Below, piece by piece: positions 52,881-64,000 of a stretch of DNA of 64,000 nt. Every line of letters begins with the position of its first letter. Position 1 is the stretch's first letter. The stretch covers positions 35,340,001 through 35,404,000 of the forward strand of contig OZ296650.1 of assembly GCA_965655095.1 (NCBI GenBank), in the 5' to 3' direction. The position numbers and the translations under genes are program-made. Source of the stretch: Haplodiscus bocki (Eukaryota). The notes below the pieces were generated by a model. That model was not told the DNA's origin. It ran no database searches and saw only the letters and a list, made by a program, of their open reading frames with translations.

Positions 52881-54073
52881 TCACTATTTTGTGCCTGCTG
52901 TAGAAGACTTCAAGAGTAAGGAGAAAGTGGTAGTTGAAAGGAAGAAACCTCCCTCTTTCGTGGTTGCAGATAACCGGAATCAGCCTTCTGATGAAGTACC
53001 TCTTCGTGTTGAGAATCCTCTTTCTGATAAAGTTGATGTGATTTTACCCTCAAATGAAGTTAATGATGGCCCGGCATCAAACGAAATTGACGAGAATGCC
53101 CTTTTAATTATCGTTGCTGCGAAACAGTCCTTCAATGAGTTTTACGAGAAAATTCCTTCAAATATCGTTGCTGATAACCAGTCCAGGAACGAATTTGACA
53201 GGAATATTCTTTCAAATGTCGTTAATTGTAACAAGGCCCCAAATGTTGTTGAGAAGCATCCTTGAATTCAAAGGAGGTTGACGAGAAACAGTCCATAAAT
53301 GAGGGTGCAGTGGAGAAAAACACGGACCTAAAGGACAGTTTACAAGTTGAATTGAGCAACTTCTTGGACTTGGGGAGTTGCCAAGATGTGGAGACTTTAG
53401 ATATAGCCGGGTTCATTTTTGAAATTCAGCTGGGTACAGAGACATCCAGTCATCAGGAAGAACGTGAAATAGAAATTGGCCATTCCCAGAGTCCTGCTGA
53501 CGCTGATAGTATGACAACAAGTTCTTCCTCCGAAGAACACGAACTTGAAAATGATCACTCAATCTCTTGTCAAAGTAACCATTCATCATTGAACAACAAA
53601 CCCAAACAACCACTTTTTGAGAAATATATCATCTGTGAAAAGAGTGTCAAGAAAAAGAGGGATCATCTGAATTATTTTCATAACTTACAATCTAAGCGTA
53701 GGCTAACAGTCTTCTTGAGCTCGTATTACTCTACCATCCGGACGAAAAAATGCATTCAGTGTGAAACATGTTTGAAAAAGTTTCAGCTTTAAACAAGTGC
53801 ACCCCAAACACCACAAAATGACTCGACGAATTTTCAATCGTCAAAATGAGAAGATGTTACCTGAAACAATTCCAGTTGCCTGTCTGGTTAGAGAGAACAA
53901 ACTGAAGCCATATCACCAAGTTGTGGAATAATTTGACCAACATGTACAAAGCCTAGCCGATAACGGATATATTTTTTCTGTTTACCGCATGTCCTCCAGC
54001 TTCAAAAGATTTTTTAACCACTGTTTTTCATGGAACGAATGAATTTGATGCCACGACGAATCTCTCAAATTGT

Positions 54074-54900
54074 GTGCGAAGATTCCAAGAGGAGACTGGC
54101 ATACAAAAAACAACAATGCAGAACTATTTGGCCAAACTGAAAAAGTTTTTTTCATACATTGAACTTCACGCGTCCTCTAGATTTCCCAACTACAAGAATC
54201 ATCCATGGGAGAATATTCTTGAAAAAGTACGAGTTCGTATTCAACAGGGAGCACAGAAGCAGAAAAAGAAGAAAAACAAAGAGCTGCAGAAGAAAGTTCC
54301 AACTCTTGGCGAAGTTCAAAGAGTCAATGCAATCGTTGTGGAATTCCTCCAAAGGGACTTGGGACAAAAAGTGTTAGAGTATAAGGAACTTTCCGCTTTA
54401 ATTTTTCTGATTCTGTCATTCAGGCTAAACTGAAGATAGGTGCCTATTCTGAACCTAACTCGGGATGATGTCCCAACAATAAAACAAACTGGAGCTCTAG
54501 AAACAGATTAGCACAAAATGGGGAGTTTTTACGATGTAACCCTGAAAACGGAAGAAGACCAGCATGTTTGGTTGAAAAGGATGCGGCGGCAATCTATTAA
54601 GGAGTTTCAAACTTCACCTACCCTTGTCTTCCGACTTCAAATAACACTGTTGATCATTCGATGTTTCGCTCTATTAGAACCCTGCTGGGCAATTTATTCC
54701 ATGACTTGAAAGATGTTGACAAAGATTTCCACGCAACAGCTGTCAGGAAAATGTGGGACACTCATTTTTACCGAAATTAAGACTCTTTCGGACACATGTT
54801 CGCTGCTCATCGTGAACAAACAGGTCACACAGAATTGACCGCTTTGAAAAACTACGTTGTTCTTGGGGACAAAATTCAAACCCTCCAAATTTACTTGAAC
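54074..54900 (+). pseudogene. Tyrosine recombinase (phage-integrase fold) domain, disrupted
   Basis: Core-binding-like TMQNYLAKLKKFFSYIE, then catalytic R...K...xxxR...GH-x8-Y in order; stops at 54431, 54437, 54509, 54778 and a frameshift near 54630. Confidence 0.8.
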
Positions 54901-55994
54901 CAATTGTCAATATTGGATAAACGAGGTACATCTGTACTTCAGACCCCTTCGATTGAAAAGACCCAACAGGTGCCCAGACTCCTTCTCAAGGAAAGACCCC
55001 ATCGGGAGACAAGACTTATTGGAAGGAAAAGACCCCATTGCAATCCGAGACTCCGTCGAAGGGAAAGACCCCGTTGCGAAATAAACCATAAGTTAATTGC
55101 ACTCCAGGTTCCACCTCTGGTCAATCCACAAGTGATTCAACCCCTGCCCCTCACAAGCGTCTTTGGTGGCGCAGGGAAACTCAAATTCAAAGAACAATGT
55201 GTGACGTCATGTCGGATGAACTCTTTTCTGACAATGAAGAAGCAAGCGGAGGAAACAAAGCTGGCCCCGATTTCACCCCAAGTGACGATGAGACCTCAAA
55301 TGAAGAAAGCATGGAAACTAAAATTAAAGTTAACCACACCATGAGGGAGCGCAACATCCACTCTTTGAAGTCATATCGGAAGTATCAACCGTCTGTTGAG
55401 GAAGTAGAAGCAACGGCCCTGTTTTACCATCTGGAGAAACCATTGACAAAAAAGGCTTTGTATGCCATGCTGCAAAAATCTAAATTGAATCTGGACGGCC
55501 CTTCAATGAAACGAATTTATAGTAAAGTTAAATTCGCATGCCACGAGTACCTCACATGACTTCAACTCGGAATGACCTCAACAGAAGCAGTTGTTGAATC
55601 CCATTGATCCATGAACCTATTAAGTGTGACCCCCGCCTTACTCATGACTGGTACCCATTATGATTATAAAGCGAAGTCATTTTTGGAGGTGATTTTACCA
55701 GTTGTTTACAAACCTTGCTGTTTCTTGATGCATCAATCAAGAGAGTTCTTGCTTTCCTACTTGATGTCTGAAACCTTTGTGTAATAAAGTTCATTTATCT
55801 AATTGGCCACATTTACTTTGAATGATCTGCCGTTTTGGTGTTCTTACTATTTTACACATTGTAAGAGTACTCATTGTGTCCTACTACTTTTGTTTCTTGA
55901 TACTCCAATGAAATTGTCGCTTTGAATAATTGTGAACGTTTGTTAAATGAAGACCCATTGAAGATTTGTGTCTGAAATTGATGTTTTCTTCTGC

Positions 55995-56200
55995 CTGGCC
56001 TTGGGTCTGGAGTCCAGACTCAAACCCATCCAGAACCAAGAAATTTAACTTACTCAACTGACCCGGACCCATTCACACCCTGACCCTTTTACCAAAGACC
56101 CAGACCCACTCGGTCGCTGACCCCTTAACCAATGACCCAAACCCATGCAGACCCTGACCCATTTACCGAGTGCTCAAAATGTTCGCTTGTCGACTCAACC
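55995..56200 (+). repeat. GACCC motif cluster with a short palindrome
   Basis: Nine GACCC copies in 56059-56160; GTCTGGA-g-TCCAGAC at ~56005-56019. Confidence 0.6.
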
Positions 56201-56699
56201 CAATTCCATCACCAAATGAACATGATTTAGAGTTAACATAACAAAGTGTTGAATCTTCACAATGAAGTTGATACTTCGTAACTACGCAGCAAAATAACAG
56301 TCTCATCTCATTTTTCAAATTCTTTCCCAAACAAGCTATTCTTCCCTATCTCTGTTGACAGTTCTATTCACTCTTCGTTTTGTCGCCAACATTATCGGGT
56401 GGCATACCAATTTGTTCTTTTGTTTGATGCCCTCTCTTGCTGCCCCCTTGACCATTTTCTGCTAGTCCCCGCACGTCGCGAACGTTGGCAAGGACCTCTC
56501 TTAAGTCAAAATGTGATGAACATGAAGTTTCAGATTATAATATAGCTGTAGTATTCAACTATTCCTAAATCAGGGGCAAACAGTTAGTGACACAAATCAA
56601 AAGCTCACGTGTGGGGAACAAGAAGGAAACTGGTAACCCCATAATGTTTCAATGAAATGACATGTTTACGTCTTTTTTTAACCTCGTGATTTCTGTTGA

Positions 56700-57180
56700 A
56701 AGTGAGTTGTAAAACGCCAAAAAGTAACCGTACAGAAAACGCCAGGAGTAGGAATTGAGCGTAAAACGCCAGTGGTACGAATTACGCGTGAAACGCTGGA
56801 AGTAGCAAGAACTTGTAAATCGCCAGTTGTACTTGAGGGATGAATACTGCCTTTTTGAATAGCGCCAAAATGCAAAACGCCGGGGATAAGAAGCAGTAGT
56901 AGTAGTGGTAGTAGTATCCTGAGAGAAGGCGTTTTAAGTACGTTGCAACGCCATGTATACCTGTCATTCTTTTTGAACGCCATCAACGAAAAATTCAAAT
57001 TTTACCAGTAAAAATCTTGTTTATTAGCATCTGCAAGAAGTTTTGCATGTCAATTGACTGATTCCAAACAATTTTTCGATGTTTCACGGGGTTTGTCACT
57101 AATAGATCCTACTAGCGTCTTTCAACCACATTGTGAGCCTGGGATTTGGTAAACGCCATCAAAAATTCAATTTACGGCGA
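56700..57180. repeat. AAACGCC motif-rich element with a (GTA)n tract
   Basis: About ten (A)AACGCC/GGCGTTTT variants; GTA repeats at ~56895-56915. Confidence 0.5.
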
Positions 57181-57399
57181 ATTCCAATCTTTGCTCCATC
57201 TCCACGGAGAACGGAACAGTATAAAAAAGAACAATATTTAAATCTAATTCGGGAAAAACAAAACTACAGAGCTTGAAACCTTTTCCGGGAAAACTATGGA
57301 AATTTTCGGATATTATTATTATTAAAATGGATTTGGATATGGAAGTGATCCCACTGAATGTTTGAGTCAATAACAAAAATTGTTTAGGATTCACCTTGC

Positions 57400-60300
57400 A
57401 TTACACACAACCACAGTTGGGGTACCACGTGCAAGTGTTGTTGATATCAAAATGGTCGTTGTAAAATTTCCATAAACATTTTAAGAGTCTGCCTTTCAGT
57501 CCTCGAGTGTCCATGAAATTCACAGGTTTGTCCATTCTGTTTACTATTTCGCAGGTTCTGTAAAAGAAGTCGCTTCGCTGGGACTCTTTAGTGATAGTGT
57601 ACAGATGGAATAAGGTACCTCTAGTATTTGTAGTGGATGTTGACTGATGTCATTTGCAGTGGCTTTGCCAGTTTAGTTCATATTCGTTGTTTATTATTCG
57701 GGATAATGTTAGACAGTCCATTAGCACCATATAGTAAGGCAGAGGTGGGACGTTTAATATAATCAATGCGGACTGGTAATCGTGGGATGGCAGAATCCAT
57801 GTCATTATCCTTCGATGGAACTTTTTCGAGTTCGGCAACACTGCTTTTTGATGGACACCAGCATTGGTTGGCATAGCAAACTACAGGTAGTATAGAGGTT
57901 TTTAAAAACATTTAGTTTGCTTCTGGGTGGCAGAGATGGTGAGAAATTTCGTCGAATAAGTTGATATGCTCTGTTTGCTTTTGTAATGGAATGTTTTATG
58001 TGAGTTGCCCAGTTAAGAATCGACTCAATTTTTAGGCCTAGATCGTTTACTAGGCGAGAAGGAGTTACAGTTATGGTATCCAGTACAATTGGTTCATGAC
58101 GCGAAGATAAAAGCGGGAGGAACTGACATTTGGATGTTTAATTGCATTTGGTTTGTCGAAATCCATTCCATAATTGCATCGATGTCCTGACTAAACGAAG
58201 CTCTAGTCTGTCTGATTCACTTTTCAAAACATAGAGTTTTAGGTCATCCGCGAAGAGGTATGCAGTCGAAAAGAAGATGAAATCAGGTAAATCGTTGATG
58301 AAAATAGGAAAACGTAGGGGTCCAAGAAGTGACCCTTGAGGAACACCACTGAGAACGTACGCCTACGAGGAAATTTGATCATTGACTCTGACGGCTTGGC
58401 GTCGATTTTGTAAATAGTCTTTGATAACTGCTAACATAGATTTTTGCACTCCAAGTGATGATAGTGTGGTCAAAGTAATTTTGTGGTTTACTTTATCAAA
58501 TACCTTGGCAAAGTCGAAGAATATTAGGCCTTTGTTGCTGTTGGCGTTATCAAAGTCGATATGATGGAGGCAGGTTAAAAGTTGAATGATGGTTGATTTA
58601 CGCGATTCAAAACCAAAATGCTGTGATGACACAAACTTTATGAAATAATTATACAGTGGAATGTTTATACATCTCTCATGGATTTTGCCAGCAATATCTA
58701 GCAATGTTACAGGTCGGTAGTTTTCTACCTTTGATTTGCTGCCTTCTTTGAATATGGGAGTAACAATTCCATTTTTCCATTTCGTCGGGTACTTGCCAAG
58801 ACGCTTGATGTTTTTGAAGACATTGCGTAAAGAAGAAGCTATGGCCTCCGCTGTCTCTTTATAAACAATTGGAGGCACATTATCGGGCCCTCGATTTTTT
58901 ATGCTGTTGAGATCTTTGCAAATTTTGGCAATCGTAGTTTTCTCGAAGCAGTAGTCGCTGATGGTACACGTCTGTGAGGGGATTGTGATTATCGTTTGAG
59001 TCGGCACCATTTTGATTTACAAAGATAGATACAAAGTATTCATTAAGGAGGTCAGCCTTCTCTCTATCGGTGACAGCACTATTACCATTGTTTAAAAGTG
59101 TAGGAAGAGCTGATCTGTCAGATTTAACAAAGTTGATGTATTTGAATATTGTAGCAAGATTTCGACTATCAGAGAGCGATATTTCGTATTCTCTTTTGCC
59201 GTTGGTTACTGCTTCTCCTAACTCTTGCGAAGGCTTTTGTACTTTGAGTATTAAATCTGATGAGGGACGGACGCCATGATTCAGTTTCTTTATTGCAGTT
59301 TCTTTTCTCATAATATTGGATGTTGAAGGACTCATCCAAGGTGGTAAGGACTGTCAGTGCTTTGTTCTAATTGGGACGCTTTTCTGAAGTAGATCAAGTA
59401 ACCAGGAATACCATTCGTCGACCATTACGTCTATGTTACTATAACAGTTCGGGGTGAAGGGGGTTTAAGTCATGAGGTTTCGTAGAAGAGAATAATCACC
59501 ACGACAGAAACTGAACGCTTTTACTAAGCTGTTTTTTGATGCATACTCATTTTTCTAACGTACGTCAATTATGATTGGAATGTGGTCACTTAAGTAACGG
59601 TTGTTAGTTGATACAAAGTGGTTCTTCAAAGCTTCTGAAATTTCCAGAGATTACTGATTCGGGTGAGTTCGTGATGACGACGTCTAACGTATTCTTTCTC
59701 ACAGTAGGAAAGTCGATTAGTTGTGTCCAATTTAAAACTGAAAAAGTCTGAGCAATTTGGTCTTTGTATTCTTCTGGGCTACTAAGAGATTCCCAGTCCA
59801 TGTTCGGGAGGTTGAGATCTCCAATAATACAACAAGGTTGATGGGGTTTTGTATTGGTAATCTGAGTGATACGATACTTGCTTTTGGCTGGGGGGTTGTA
59901 AAGACAACAGATGTTAAGTTGGGGTACCAATAACCCAACTTAACATCTGGAAAAACGGTGTTAACCAAAAGTTAATGTCGTATTGTTGATGATTCTGTTT
60001 TCAGCACTATTTCTCTTGTTTTGGTTTCCCTTTAGCATATTGGAAAAATTGCGAACTCCGGTGCAGAATTCATTCTTCAGTTATATGCCATAAATTACAG
60101 TAGAAAGATTAAACTATTTCTCTATGCACTAGCAATTAGTGATCATTTTTTTTCGATCCTTTTGACAAGTTATCTTTGTTAAGTAAGAGATGAACGTCAG
60201 TTTATTGCTTAGTTTCCCTCAACTGTTCGGCATTGGTACCATTGAACAACCAAAGAGGTCTCACTTGATGTAGTTATTGTTTTCACAACTTTTTACGCCT

Positions 60301-61960
60301 GTTATTGGAAACACAATCATTAATTTCAATTCTTTATAAGAAATTCATAATACGCTTTCGGTTGTGTCGTTTTTATAAATTACTTGTCTTAACATTGATT
60401 ATCCTAATCCAAGCCTTCGTTTTCGAGAAAAATTGTATGCACTTTACAAGCGTATTTTTTCCTCAAAACTTTTTCTCTCCAAAAGTCAGTAATTTGTCAT
60501 CTGTTGTTTATCATCCAATAAGAAAACTTTTTGCAATTACAAGTTATACAAAATCAATCCAATCCATCTTTCAATTTGTGTTTCTAATGAAACTACAGTA
60601 TCTGTTTCTCGGTTTTAATTGAATATCTTGAATTTTTATGAAGACCCAAAGGAAAGATTCGCTAATTGTCGAGGGAAACTGAGACGTCATGCACTTCAAA
60701 ATTGAATTCAGATGATATTGCGATGAGGACACGTCCGTGTCTTGACGAGGAATTATTAACAGTACGTTCTGCTCGTATTATTGTATATCGAGGAAGGAAA
60801 ATTTCGGATGAAGAGAAATTGCTTGTGAGCCAAGTTTCAGTCACACAGAAAATTTTTGGATTACAAATAAGGATGGCATTGGCAAAAGCTTGACGTCGTT
60901 CAAGTCGTAGTAAGCTTCTGGCATTTAGTACCAGAATGTTTATTGTAGTTAGTCATTCGGAAACTTGGTTAGTGTCCTCTTCCAGAGGCACTTCCTTTGA
61001 ATCTACGAAGAGTTTAAAGGATCTGATCTTTATCTTGCTTCGCTCTACACCTTTTTCTATAAGCTCACGTCGTTTACGGAGGATTTTGTTGTTTTTGTTT
61101 ATTTCGTCTTCCGTTAGTCTCCGAGATAACTAGACAGTTCTGCCAGCGTAGTCTTGCAATTTATTTCATTTAGATAAGATTTTGCGAGCGTCCCAATTTG
61201 ACTTCGGAGTAAGAAGCAGTGTACGGGGTCGAGCGTTATCATCAGGTCGTGATTTTCTAAGTCTTCGTAGCGATTCGATAGGTGGGGTTTCTTCAAGCAA
61301 GTTCAGAGCCTCGTTCAATTCTTGTTCCTCGTGTTGGTGAATTTCTGCACGTTTGTTCGATTTTGATTCAGGTATACCATCTATGCGTACCTGATATAGA
61401 TGTTGGTTATTGACAGGTTTGTTTTGGATGGGGGCAGTTGTGGCAGCAGTTTGCTGTGACGGCGCACTTGTCATAACAGAATGTACAGTATCTTGAATTG
61501 TTTTGACGGAGTTTCCATTAATTAAGTTCCTGAACTTGTTTCGTCAAGGCACTCATATCATTCCTTAAATTTAGCAAAATATTGTTCATTTTTCTAGATT
61601 CGCGAAATTGTGATAGCACTTCACGGAAAAGACAATTGATAAACTTATAAGACTGCAATCTCCAGTAGTACCTAAGAAGGCACTGGGGAGAAAGAGAAGA
61701 ACAACTTTACTTTGACACTAATAACACAAATAAGTAATGCAATGCAACACCAAAATGATCTAGCTGATTATAAATGCCGCCGATGATACTACGGCAATAC
61801 CGATAGTAGTACGGCGATACCGATAATTAAGCAACAACGAGATCAATAAAGAACTCTAAGAAGTCACTAGGAAACAAACACTAGGCAATTTAGTGAATAA
61901 GTAACTATAGGTAAATGAAGCATAGAGATTAACAAGTGGCAGACGCATACGTCCAAACTA
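57400..61960 (-). mobile_element. Near-full-length decayed CR1/L2-type LINE (5'UTR, ORF1, ORF2 APE endonuclease + RT)
   Basis: ORF1: VRIDGIPES..IESLRRL..RPRTLLL..WDARKIL. EN: LVLNARSL, CVTETWL, LYNPP, IIGDLNLP, TLDVVITN, SDH. RT: GPDNVP, NYRPVTLL, FFDFAKVFDKVNH, SGVPQGSLLGP, LFADDLK. Frameshifted. Confidence 0.92.
59975..60660. other. ~690-bp AT-rich insertion splitting the LINE endonuclease domain
   Basis: EN similarity stops at ~60662 and resumes at ~59970. Confidence 0.6.
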
Positions 61961-62092
61961 CGACTGGTAAATATCGTGTGATGAATCAACGGACTGGAGT
62001 GTCAACTGCCACTCCCGCATTAGATCCCTGAAAAAAATCTATTTAATAAGTTTAATAAGTTTATTTAATAAGTTCCCATTACAAATTGACTT

Positions 62093-62125
62093 CTATTATT
62101 ATTATTATTATTATTATAATATAAT
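62093..62125 (+). repeat. (ATT)n microsatellite
   Basis: TATTATTATTATT.. tract. Confidence 0.8.
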
Positions 62126-63513
62126 TCCTGTTTTTGGATACCTGTTCTGGAAGATATCCAAAGTTTTGAAAATTATTCCATTTTCGGGATACCTGGTTTC
62201 GGGAATGCAAGCAAAACTTCTCGACAATTTCAACCTTCTCCGATGCCTGTTTCCTTTTTTTCGAGTTTTTAGGGCGCCATGGGTTTTAAAAAAATCGAAC
62301 GTCGGCGTGAAGGTTCCGGCATTTTTGGTGTGTTAATTATATATTTTCAAAAAACACTGAAAACGAAAATAAAATTAAATTTCGGACTGTTCTACACAAA
62401 AAGACTCTTCCGGTTGTGCCTATGTTGAATTCCCGAGGTTATTCAATAATCAAAAGCACAAGCACCCAAAAAGTTTTGAGGAAATCGAAAAAAAAACAAA
62501 ATTGAAACAAGAATGAAAAACTGTCAATTCTCGCACCGCGTGATATCCCATACCAAAAAGTTCTGATTCAGGGTACTATTTGTAGGATAATTATAATGTT
62601 CATTAGAAATTGTAGAATTTAAAAGCATAACTTATATTTTAGACTGGAATAAAGCACAACACGTTCCTAGTCTTCTGTGTAATTTCAGGCTAGTTTTTGG
62701 TACTTTTCATTAATGGGACACTGCCTCAAGAATTGACGTAACACAGGGTCATGAAGGAAAGAAGATCTGTTTCTCGTAGAGCAAACGAATCACCGTGCGA
62801 TTCACCACCACATATTGGAAGAGGGAAATTGTTTCCAAACTCTACTGAAAGGGCCAGAATTCTAGTTGTTCTGCGAATTGTCATCATTTGGTCAACATCT
62901 CGAGAGAGTTGCCAGAAACAGGAAAAAAACACGACACAGGCAAAATAAACAATTCAGATAAAAAATCAAGATTTCAATATTCCAAGCTGCAATCTTGACT
63001 TTCGTCGAGCAGAAGTAATGGACAAACTCCTTTTTTAGGTAAAAACTAAAATCACTCTATGTGCTATCTTCCTTCTGTTGCAGTGTGATTTATTCAGTCG
63101 CTAAGGGAGACTCAGGCTAATCAGAAATACTGGAACATTGAGAACCAGGACAATATGTTTACCTCCCATATGGATTCTTACATTCCGTCTGGACGAAAAA
63201 AGAGGCTTATTCTGTCCTTTTCATGGCATCTATAGATCCAATGCCGGATCAGGACCTTGTACAAGAGCAAAAAAGGCTTGCAAGTATGCACACTGTCATA
63301 GCGGGTAGAAGGGTAGCTGCGAAGGGAAGTCGAAACTCATGATAGGGCAGAGAGTAACCCTAAGGAGAGTGCCGCCGTGAACTCACCAGGCCGTAGTTAG
63401 AGGTTTCCTTCAGAAGGTTAACTTTTTTCGATCGCGAAGAACTGTTTGTTACAATGACATCATGAATGAGAAAGATGGTCAACCTATTATAAAACAATGT
63501 CATGAGAAACAAT

Positions 63514-63860
63514 GGGGATAAATTATGGGATGCCAACATTTGCCAATCTGTTGAGTGGGACATGGAAGGGCTTTTTAAGGGATGCCAGTTGCCATTGTGT
63601 TAAGTGGGACATGGGAGGTAAATTAAGGGATGCCAGCTGCCATTGTGTTAAGTGGGATATGGAGCGGGGTAAGTCATGAGATGCCAGTCGCCATTGCGTT
63701 AAGTGGGACGGGTGTGGGGGGAAGTAATTTAAGGGATGCCAGTTGCCATTGCGTTAGGTGAGACGTGAGGGGGTAAATTATGGGATGGCAGTTACCATTG
63801 TGTTAAGTGGGACACGGAGTTGAAATAAGGGATACCAGTAGCACATCTAATACTTGGACA
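63514..63860 (+). repeat. G-rich minisatellite, 7 units of 47-55 bp, core GGGATGCCAGTTGCCATTGTGTTAAGTGGGAC
   Basis: Cores start at 63527, 63579, 63627, 63678, 63733, 63782, 63829 (last one partial). Confidence 0.85.
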
Positions 63861-64000
63861 CAAGCAATTTATTCTCAAGAGATTACTTGAATTTTTGCAG
63901 AAAGAAGATAATCTTATAGTTTTGTGTGTACTGTCAATTGTTTCTCATTTGTTTCAGACTTGTGGGAGATTGGGGACGGCCTCAAGACGCAGCAGTAAAA

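Larger units (their letters stand above)
52444..55559 (+). mobile_element. Decayed SET domain - zinc finger - tyrosine recombinase fusion ORF (Crypton-like YR element)
   Basis: SET: KGLFARRKF..EFIVNYRG, IDAS....GRYIND, GEEFRHDYG....PWR. C2H2-like (Y)IICEKSVKKKRDHLNYFH and CETC. YR: FRLN*R (R 54434), D*HK (K 54515), FHATAVRK (R 54745), GHTELTALKNY (H 54826, Y 54853). Several frameshifts and stops; TATAAA at 51868, AATAAA at 55783. Confidence 0.85.

Noticed and set aside
52444-55559. DIRS/Ngaro retrotransposon or host PR-Set7 gene
   Set aside because: No linked RT/RNase H or split repeats; the SET is N-terminal, apparently intronless, and fused to a recombinase, unlike host KMT5A
62690-63500. 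Protein-coding exons (sushi-like CDSPPHI; possible INTS9 first exon)
   Set aside because: All frames are interrupted, cysteine spacing is incomplete, and there is no INTS9 N-terminal motif or compatible phase
63514-63860. CRISPR array
   Set aside because: Eukaryotic context, no cas genes, linkers short and similar to each other, repeats degenerate

Overview
AT-rich, repeat-laden eukaryotic (invertebrate animal-like) genomic DNA with spliceosomal introns; no prokaryotic operons, rRNA or CRISPR. Two host genes lie on the minus strand, assembled by hand from splice sites and phase. (1) A 5-exon, ~434-aa type I membrane protein of the TGN38/46 (TGOLN2)/KCT2 kind (25050->512, with a 16-kb intron). 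(2) Integrator subunit 9 (INTS9; 7 exons, 43227->33608), whose N-terminal exon(s) I could not locate. The rest is mostly mobile DNA: a Gypsy gag remnant with an extra upstream ORF, an 803-bp Tc1-like palindromic MITE, RTE and CR1/L2 LINE remnants, a Gypsy integrase tail, and decayed ~170-bp and ~50-bp tandem repeats. The most striking element is a decayed ~1040-codon ORF (52444-55559) that fuses a SET lysine-methyltransferase domain, zinc-finger motifs and a tyrosine recombinase. The recombinase catalytic residues (R, K, R, H, Y) are still readable across stops and frameshifts. It is a candidate Crypton-like YR transposon carrying its own chromatin-modifying domain, possibly with a second decayed gene upstream (46480-50240). 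All calls are by-eye motif recognition; no searches were run.
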